DNA of 32,000 nucleotides, taken from contig NC_008312.1 of assembly GCF_000014265.1 (NCBI RefSeq), positions 5,640,001 through 5,672,000 on the forward strand. Reading direction: 5' to 3'. Positions within the stretch are counted from its first letter, which is position 1. Every line of letters begins with the position of its first letter. Positions 25,082-32,000 of this stretch are shown here, piece by piece. The notes beneath the pieces are model-generated. The model searched no databases, was not told the DNA's origin, and saw only the letters and a list, made by a program, of their open reading frames with translations. Position numbers and translations under genes: made by a program. The stretch comes from Trichodesmium erythraeum IMS101. Its GTDB lineage: Bacteria > Cyanobacteriota > Cyanobacteriia > Cyanobacteriales > Microcoleaceae.

Positions 25082-25391
25082 CTTTGCAATGTATAGTTGA
25101 ATGTGCTCAAAAATTCTAGATGCCGAATTTTTCATACTTTTTATAGTTTTTTTATAGTTAGAGAGCTCATTCTATAATATTAAATTGGTAGTCCTAAACA
25201 GATAAAAATATTAAAAGATATTAGTTGCTATATTCCTTTAATTGTCAGAAGGTAGACGAGAAAAACCATTACTTGTTTACCACTACCATTAAATTTAATA
25301 GCGGTTTTCACTTTATAAATACAAAACTTCCCCTGAAAGCCAAAATCTCTGTATCCTTGAATCATGAAAACTGCTATGAGTTGAGCGTGTT

Positions 25392-26594
25392 TTAGCTATC
25401 AGTTGTTGTTACCTTTGTATGATTATGCCAATATTTATAAGCAGCATAAGCTAAAACCACTACACAGGTAACAATAGAAGACTCATCTACCTCAAACTGG
25501 GGATGATGAAGAGGATAATTATATTTATCTTTATACCCAACTCCTAGACGAAACATCATACCAGGCACTTTTTGAAGATACATAGAAAAATCTTCTGCAC
25601 CAAGAGAAGGCTCTGGTAAAACAATAACTCGATCGCTACCCCAAGCCTCCAAAGCTACTGACTCAACTAATTGAGTCAACACCGGGTTATTTTGCACAGA
25701 TGGTACCCCCTGTCGATAATTCAGTTCATACTTAGCGCCATAAGAATTACAAATATTGGCCACAATATTTTCAATCCAGGCAGGTAAAGTTTTGTGGGTA
25801 TCTGGATGAAGCGATCGCACAGTTCCCGACATTTTGACCTGATCTGCTATCACATTTGGCGCCCGACCGCCACTAATCTTACCAATTGTTAACACTACCG
25901 GTCTCAAAGGATTATGAGTTCTACTAATGGCCTGTTGTAAATTAGTAATTATCTGAGAAGAAATCCAAATAGCATCTGTGGCTTCGTGAGGGCGGGCACC
26001 ATGACCAGACTCTCCAATAATTGTTAATTCCAAATCATCAGCAGCAGCGGTTAGTGCCCCATGGCGAATACCCACCGAACCTGCAAGAATACTTGGGTAA
26101 ACATGGACTCCTAAAATTGCCTCTACATTCTCAAGGACTCCATCTTTAATCATCCAATTTGCACCTTGAGATATTTCCTCTGCTGGTTGAAATAGAAAAC
26201 GGACATCTCCTGGTAGAAGTTCTCCCAACTCAGATAATACCATTGCTGTACCTAAGCCTACAGTAGTGTGAATATCGTGACCACAGGCGTGCATAACTCC
26301 AGTATTACGAGAAGCAAAATCCAAATTAGTACATTCTTTAATGGGCAAACCATCCATATCAGTACGAATTGCCAGCCATTGATTATTGTTAGTACTACCT
26401 TTAAGTTCCCCCACGATGCCAGTTTTACCAACAGCTTCCCGCACATGAAGACCGCAGGAAGATAATACACCTGCAACATAGGCAGCGGTTTGGTGTTCTT
26501 GGCCACTTAATTCTGGGTGGGAGTGAATATGGCGACGAATTTCAATCAGACGAGGTGCTAGAGTAGTTGCTAATTCTTTAATTTTGTTTAACAT
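25392..26594 (-). CDS. M20-family amidohydrolase (N-acyl-amino-acid amidohydrolase / hippurate hydrolase type)
   Basis: 400 aa. Family motifs are IRRHIHSHPELSGQE, HACGHD, FQPAEE and GHGARPH. Confidence 0.85.
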   Translation of the reverse strand: MLNKIKELATTLAPRLIEIRRHIHSHPELSGQEHQTAAYVAGVLSSCGLHVREAVGKTGIVGELKGSTNNNQWLAIRTDMDGLPIKECTNLDFASRNTGVMHACGHDIHTTVGLGTAMVLSELGELLPGDVRFLFQPAEEISQGANWMIKDGVLENVEAILGVHVYPSILAGSVGIRHGALTAAADDLELTIIGESGHGARPHEATDAIWISSQIITNLQQAISRTHNPLRPVVLTIGKISGGRAPNVIADQVKMSGTVRSLHPDTHKTLPAWIENIVANICNSYGAKYELNYRQGVPSVQNNPVLTQLVESVALEAWGSDRVIVLPEPSLGAEDFSMYLQKVPGMMFRLGVGYKDKYNYPLHHPQFEVDESSIVTCVVVLAYAAYKYWHNHTKVTTTDS

Positions 26595-26659
26595 AGATAA
26601 TTTTTTTGCCTATTCTTTAGATTTATTTAACTTAATAAAAAGCCTTTTTCTGAAATTGT

Positions 26660-26689
26660 AGGTTGGGTTTTAATGCCTTAACCCAACCT
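26660..26689. repeat. GGTTGGGTT-type hairpin (dispersed cyanobacterial intergenic repeat family)
   Basis: Perfect 10-bp stem AGGTTGGGTT (26660-26669) / AACCCAACCT (26680-26689) with a 10-nt loop. It lies about 70 bp upstream of the M20 start. Confidence 0.5.
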
Positions 26690-28140
26690 CTTGATTTATG
26701 TTTATTTACTGATATTACCCAGCTCAACAATGTTTCAAGAATTTTAGTGATTAGTTGAAAAGGAAATATCAAGGGTTTCAGATATAGGGTGCCTAACATC
26801 AGTTATTTCCTAGAAATAGGAAGCAATAAAACCTATAATTACTTTAATAAAAGTAATAATTAATAACTGGTATATTGATAACTGAAAAAAAAATTATCTG
26901 AAAGAGCGATCGCTTTACCTCAAAAACTTTACAAAAAATATGTCAAAGTTTTTGTACAACTAGGAACAAAAAAACTATAATAGTTAATACAAAGTATAAA
27001 ATTTAACTTTTCTACTAAATTTGATAAAAAAATATTAATTAATGAAACATTCAGATATTCCACTTTACACTTAGGTCGATGTCAAAGATATTTTGCTAGA
27101 TATACAACCCGATAAATTACCTAAATAGTTAGTTTGGGCTAGATGTTATTGGGATGAATTAAGTATAGGAATTAGTGTTGAGAAAAAACGAAGCTAAAAA
27201 TTGGCGGAAATAAGTTTTTGGTTCTAGATTTCGAGTATATAAAACTAAAGAAATAATCGAAAAATTCATAATATTTATAATATTAAAAGGCCTAAAAATA
27301 CAAGATAATAATGAGCCTAATTTTAGAGTATTAAAAAGTAATAAATTCGCGAATATTTCATAAAATTAGAAAGCACGAAAACAGAAAAAATAAACCTTAC
27401 TATTTGGTTTGAATAAACAGAGCAAAAAGCGCCAAATCCTAAATGAAAACCTAGTTTTGAAAGACCATAATTTATTTAGTTTGAGCACAAAAATATAGAT
27501 CTTCAACCTCCCCAAATATTTCCATCAAATATTCCTCCAACCATAGCTTTTCATTCATTTAGAGGGGGAGTAAGAAGAACAACTCATGCCCAAGCTTGAG
27601 CTCAAGCTTAGATTTCAGAAAAAACTACTAAAAAACGAAAAGTACTTATGGTAGATGGAAACCTAGAAGCACCAGAAAAAAGACTCTTATAAACTATTCA
27701 ACCTTTTCTGGAAAAAGACCAAAAACAAATGAGCATAATTACACCATTTGCACAAAATTTATTAGTATTGCCCCAAATTTGGAAAGATATCATAAATATT
27801 CTTCAAGAGTCAGAAATAGTCGAAAAAATGCGCATTCTTTTAGAATGGTTACCAAAGGATTTAAATATTTAGGTGACACAACTAAAATAGTTCAATAAGC
27901 GTAGGTAAGATTAAAGTATAAAATTTAACAATAATAGAGTTAGTATTAAATTGCACTATTGTTAATATAATATCTAAATTTATTTGGTGTGTTTGATTAG
28001 GTGTAAGTGGAGTTGAGGTATAAAAATGAACAATTAATAATAGAGCCAGTATAGGTTTTAACTGTTTTTCTAATCAGACCCACATTTGTTTTATTAGGTT
28101 TAGTATAACAGAATAAAAAAATATCTTAATTTCCAATCAT

Positions 28141-29160
28141 TTGATGCCAAAAATTCTTAAGTCAATTCTATTCCCAATATTCGCAGTCTTAGCCGCATTA
28201 TTAGTAGGAGCAGGTTTAATGATCTTAGCAAAAACTAACCCTGTAACTGCCTATACTGCCCTATTCCAAGAATCTCTAACTACCTACTTTGGTTTCAGCA
28301 ATACCCTCAGCAAAACCACACCATTATTATTAGTAAGTTTAGGAATATTAATAGCATTACGAGCAGGTTTATTTAATCTCGGTGGCGAAGGACAAATTTA
28401 TATGGGTGCTTTAGGCAGTGTTGTCATCGGACTATATTTGCCGAATTTACCAATGTGGATACATTTACCCCTAGCATTAGTAGGAGGTTTTCTTCTAGGA
28501 GCAATTTGGGGAGCGATCGCTGGTTACCTCAAAACTGCCCGTGGTTTAAACGAAGTCTTGACCACCCTACTACTAAATTACATCGCTCAAAACTTTGTCA
28601 ATTATATGGTAAATGAGCCACTTATCGCCCCCAACGCCCCCAGTCCCTACACCCCCCTAATTGCTGAGTCAGCACGTTTGCCCATAATTTTACCCAAAAC
28701 TCAAGCTCATGCCGGAATTTTATTGGCCTTAGCTATTGCAATTATTTTAGCAATAGTCTTGTCCTTCACCGCCTTCGGTTATCAAGTGGATGCTGTGGGA
28801 CAAAACCCTACTGCAGCTAGTTACGCTAAAATACCTGTTAAACAAACTATTATCACAGTAATGGGTTTATCCGGTGGCTTGGCAGGTTTAGCAGGAAGTA
28901 CAGAAGTATTAGGAGCAAAATATCGGTTATTTGAAAATTTTTCTCCCGGCTATGGTTTTGACGCGATCGCCATTGCTTTATTAAGTCGGAGCAACCCACT
29001 AGCAGTAATTTTAACATCCTTATTTTTTGGTGTTCTCAGGAGTGGAGCCAATGTAATGCAACGTAGTGCAGGAGTATCGATCACTGTTATTTATGTTATT
29101 CAAGGCTTAACAATGTTATTTTTAGCAATAAGTCTAGCATTTGAGTCTAGATCCAAGTAA
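28141..29160 (+). CDS. ABC transporter permease (BPD_transp_2 family, nucleoside/simple-sugar type), subunit 1
   Basis: 339 aa and highly hydrophobic with multiple transmembrane helices. The pattern NLGGEGQIYMGA is typical of YufP/NupB-like permeases. The track start is TTG 28141; ATG at 28144 is more likely. Confidence 0.8.
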   Translation: MMPKILKSILFPIFAVLAALLVGAGLMILAKTNPVTAYTALFQESLTTYFGFSNTLSKTTPLLLVSLGILIALRAGLFNLGGEGQIYMGALGSVVIGLYLPNLPMWIHLPLALVGGFLLGAIWGAIAGYLKTARGLNEVLTTLLLNYIAQNFVNYMVNEPLIAPNAPSPYTPLIAESARLPIILPKTQAHAGILLALAIAIILAIVLSFTAFGYQVDAVGQNPTAASYAKIPVKQTIITVMGLSGGLAGLAGSTEVLGAKYRLFENFSPGYGFDAIAIALLSRSNPLAVILTSLFFGVLRSGANVMQRSAGVSITVIYVIQGLTMLFLAISLAFESRSK

Positions 29161-29362
29161 AGACATCCCACAAACTTGCCAGGAAATTTTTAGCACTCCT
29201 GTATAGTCATGGTAGATAGGGACGAACAATGAACAACACCGGGAACAGGATACTCCTAGTGCCTTTTCCCTGAAAAAATAATTAAAAACAATTAAAAATA
29301 ATTACAGTTATTTCCTTCCAGCTCTTAAAAAATCCTAGTTTCCCACTCATCTAATTTTTACA

Positions 29363-30295
29363 ATGAAATTTTCAAACATCGACTTTTTTTCTGACTATTT
29401 ATCTGCCACAATTCGACTTTCTATACCTCTAGCTTTTGCTGCTTTAGGTGGATTATTTTCCGAACGTTCCGGCGTACTTAATATTGCTTTAGAAGGAATG
29501 TTATTAACAGGAGCTTTTGTCAGTGCAGCTGTTTCTATTGCTACTGGAAATCCTTGGATAGGAACCTTAGTAGCAGTTTTCGCCGGGGGAATTTTAGGCT
29601 TAATTCATAGTTATCTTTGTATCAGTTTAAAAGTTAATCAATTAATCTCTAGTTTAGCAATAAATTTAGCAGCATCAGGATTAACTGCTTATGGTGCTAG
29701 ATTATTATTTAATAGTGGCACAATTGCTTTGCCAGGCATTGAAAAAATCAATCTTTTCGGATTAAAAAAATTACCTATTGGGGAAATATTTTTTAATCAA
29801 GACTTATTATTTTATTTATTATTGTTATTAATTATAGTTGCTAATTATATCATTTTTAATACCAGTTGGGGTTTAGCTATAAGAGCAGTTGGCGAATATC
29901 CTCAAGCAGCAGCAACAGCCGGAATATCTGTTAGTTTAGTCCGTTATTTAAGCGTAAGTATTAGCGGTTGTTTGGCAAGTTTGGGAGGAGTTTACTTAGC
30001 ATTAGTTCATGTGAAATTTTTTACCGAAGGCATGAGTAGTGGAAAAGGTTTTATTGCCTTAGCAGCCATAATCTTTGGTAGATGGCATCCAGTTTATACC
30101 GTTTTAGCCTGTTTATTATTTGGAGCAACAGAAGCTTTGCAATTGAGAGTTCAAGCTTTTAATCTAAACATTCCCTATCAATTTTTAAAAATGTTACCTT
30201 ATATTATTACTCTATTAGCCTTAATTGGTTTAGCAGGTAAATCTACCCCTCCTGCTGCTTTAGGAAAAGTGTATTTTAAAGATAGTAAAAATTAG
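29363..30295 (+). CDS. ABC transporter permease (BPD_transp_2 family), subunit 2
   Basis: 310 aa and hydrophobic. The pattern NIALEGMLLTGAF is typical of YufQ/NupC-like permeases. It is co-oriented with subunit 1 but separated from it by 202 bp. Confidence 0.8.
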   Translation: MKFSNIDFFSDYLSATIRLSIPLAFAALGGLFSERSGVLNIALEGMLLTGAFVSAAVSIATGNPWIGTLVAVFAGGILGLIHSYLCISLKVNQLISSLAINLAASGLTAYGARLLFNSGTIALPGIEKINLFGLKKLPIGEIFFNQDLLFYLLLLLIIVANYIIFNTSWGLAIRAVGEYPQAAATAGISVSLVRYLSVSISGCLASLGGVYLALVHVKFFTEGMSSGKGFIALAAIIFGRWHPVYTVLACLLFGATEALQLRVQAFNLNIPYQFLKMLPYIITLLALIGLAGKSTPPAALGKVYFKDSKN

Positions 30296-30687
30296 GAGGT
30301 GTAGTAGAGGAGAAAATTTTCCGAAAAATAGCTACTGACACTTAAACAAAACATAACTAGAAAACAGACTCAAATTATCTTCACCTTAATGCTTATACTT
30401 TGGCGGATATTACCAGATAGCAGAAAGCACTTATTCTCAAAGGTTAATTCCAATTGCGGCTATATTTTATACGCAAACTTTATACACAAACAATGCTACC
30501 AAACATGATTAAAAACTAAGTAAGGACCTTCTATAGAACATCCCTACTTAGGCTTCTAAAATCACCCAGACTGTTGAATCAAGTAATCTCTAGAGCAACT
30601 AATAGCAATGCTTCAACAGAACTATCAGCAAATAAATACAAACTCATATGTGAAAGTGACAGCTATTGAAAAACCGTATTTCTCTAC

Positions 30688-32000
30688 TCAACCAGACGTT
30701 AAAATAGGCTGGCTAACTTTCTGCCACGATTTTTTTGGTTTCACAACCATCCGCATATTTGCTGGTGGCGCCATAGTTAACCCTCTCCGGACAGGGCTAA
30801 TTCTTTGGTTAGGCAATAACTTAAGTTCCCACTGTGATAAAATTGTTGCCAATACCAATTTCATTTCAAATAAAGCAAAAGCTGAACCTATACAACGACG
30901 ACTACCCCCTCCAAATGGTAAATATTCATAAGGTGAAAATTGTCTTTCCAGAAAACGTTCTGGTTTAAACTTTTTAGGTTCTGGATAAATATCCTCCCGA
31001 TGATGAGTCAGATAAATAGGCACTATCGCCACCATTCCCGGTTCAAGTTGATAACCCATAATTTCTATAGGTTTCTGAACAACTCTAGGGAAAGCATTCA
31101 TAGCAATAGGATAAATGCGAAGAGTTTCTTGACAAATAGCGCTGAGGTAAGGAAGTTTAGTAATAGCAACTTGATCCGAGTTACTAGGAATAGTTGCTAA
31201 TTCTGCCATGAGTTTTTCACCCACTGATGGGATCATATCAATCCAATATAATGCCCATGCTAAAGCTGATGCCGTAGTTTCGTGACCAGCGAAAAGCATT
31301 GTCAGTAGTTCATCCTTAATTTCTTCGTCGCTCATAGCATTACCTGCTTCATCACGGGCTTCTAGTAATAAACTAAGAATATCATCACGATGATTTCCTT
31401 CTTTCTTTGCAGTTTGAATTTCTGCAATTATTAGTTCATGGAGTTCTTGCTTTTTGCGCAAAAATCTCCCCCATGGACTCCAAGGACCCCAGTCTTTTCG
31501 TAAAAAATTGAAGAACAGAAAAGTAGAGCTGAGGGGAGAACTCATAGAGTCTAGAAGATCAGACATAAGAACTCTAAGTTTTTCATAACTTTTTCCTTCT
31601 TGATCTAAACCAAATACAGCAGCAAGAATTACTTTGAGAGATATTTCTTGAGTTGACTTGCGAATAGGAAAAGGTTGTTCTATTTTCCACTGACTAATAA
31701 CATTAGAAGTGATGTTATAGATTAGGTCTCCATATTTACGCATCCGATCACCATGAAAAGGTGGCATTAATAGTTTTCTTTGTCGTTTGTGGCGATCGCC
31801 ATCTTGGAGCAATAGAGAATTTAGGCCCACAAAATATTTTAAAATACCATTTATACTTCCTGAGGTAAAAGTATCAGGATCCGCGGTAAAAATTTGTTGA
31901 ATGGCTTTAGGATTGCAGAAGTAGATGAAAGGATACAAGGAGTTAGTATTCGTTCTAAAGATATCTCCATATTCAGAGTATCGCTCTTCTATGGCAGATA
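30688..32000 (-). CDS. Cytochrome P450 (N-terminus outside window)
   Basis: It has the heme-binding loop FGGGSRRCIGSAFA, the I-helix AGHETT and the K-helix ETLR. The frame stays open beyond the track start (TTG 31938) to base 32000, reading ...YSEYGDIFRTNTNSLYPF, so the gene is truncated by the window edge. Confidence 0.9.
   Translation of the reverse strand, partial: SAIEERYSEYGDIFRTNTNSLYPFIYFCNPKAIQQIFTADPDTFTSGSINGILKYFVGLNSLLLQDGDRHKRQRKLLMPPFHGDRMRKYGDLIYNITSNVISQWKIEQPFPIRKSTQEISLKVILAAVFGLDQEGKSYEKLRVLMSDLLDSMSSPLSSTFLFFNFLRKDWGPWSPWGRFLRKKQELHELIIAEIQTAKKEGNHRDDILSLLLEARDEAGNAMSDEEIKDELLTMLFAGHETTASALAWALYWIDMIPSVGEKLMAELATIPSNSDQVAITKLPYLSAICQETLRIYPIAMNAFPRVVQKPIEIMGYQLEPGMVAIVPIYLTHHREDIYPEPKKFKPERFLERQFSPYEYLPFGGGSRRCIGSAFALFEMKLVLATILSQWELKLLPNQRISPVRRGLTMAPPANMRMVVKPKKSWQKVSQPILTSG

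Noticed and set aside
27729-27872. 47-codon ORF (MSIITPFAQNLLVLPQIWKD...) in the empty leader upstream of the permeases
   Set aside because: It has no Shine-Dalgarno-like sequence and no recognisable family. ORFs of this length arise by chance. It cannot be supported without conservation or expression data.
30608-31200. Plus-strand ORFs 30608-30931 and 30940-31200
   Set aside because: They overlap the P450 gene on the opposite strand, which has the heme loop, I-helix and K-helix motifs. They have no motifs of their own.
1-32000. Search for transposases, integrases, phage genes, tRNA/rRNA genes and toxin-antitoxin pairs
   Set aside because: No ORF shows DDE or tyrosine/serine recombinase-type motifs. 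No long terminal inverted repeats bound a coding segment. I could not recognise any tRNA cloverleaf or rRNA-like GC-rich structured block by eye. A tRNAscan or Infernal run would be needed to exclude small RNAs formally.

Overview
Chromosomal segment from a strongly AT-rich, probably filamentous (Nostocales-like) cyanobacterium. Support for that: at least 16 HIP1 octamers (GCGATCGC), heptamer STRR-like repeats, and cyanobacteria-typical genes (DUF1822, Tab2/DUF1092, TPR-CHAT, zinc-ribbon Ser/Thr kinase with WD40 repeats). I support 17 protein-coding genes, two of them cut by the window edges. They are a sigma-like HTH protein, DUF1822, a 1448-aa TPR-CHAT protease, two paralogous FAD monooxygenases flanking a DoxX gene, the WD40 kinase, an FAD-linked oxidase, a DExH helicase fused to a DUF1998 zinc domain, MTA phosphorylase, Tab2, an AvtA-like aminotransferase, a methyltransferase-like protein, an M20 amidohydrolase, two ABC permeases and a cytochrome P450. 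I recognised no rRNA, tRNA, CRISPR array, transposase or integrase. By my own coordinates only about 70 percent of the window is coding. Genes are separated by 0.5-1.5 kb AT-rich spacers that hold gene relics (a CHAT fragment, a hemB fragment, a gene with two in-frame stops), a 174-bp tandem duplication and small hairpin repeats. The best candidate for an undescribed system is the co-oriented sigma-like HTH / DUF1822 / TPR-CHAT triad (1-5715). Its parts list parallels the type III-E CRISPR protease-to-sigma-factor relay, but no CRISPR-Cas genes are present. The second candidate is the isolated helicase-DUF1998 gene with an extra N-terminal Tudor-like module (15409-18126). All family calls come from motif recognition by eye and need HMM or BLAST confirmation.
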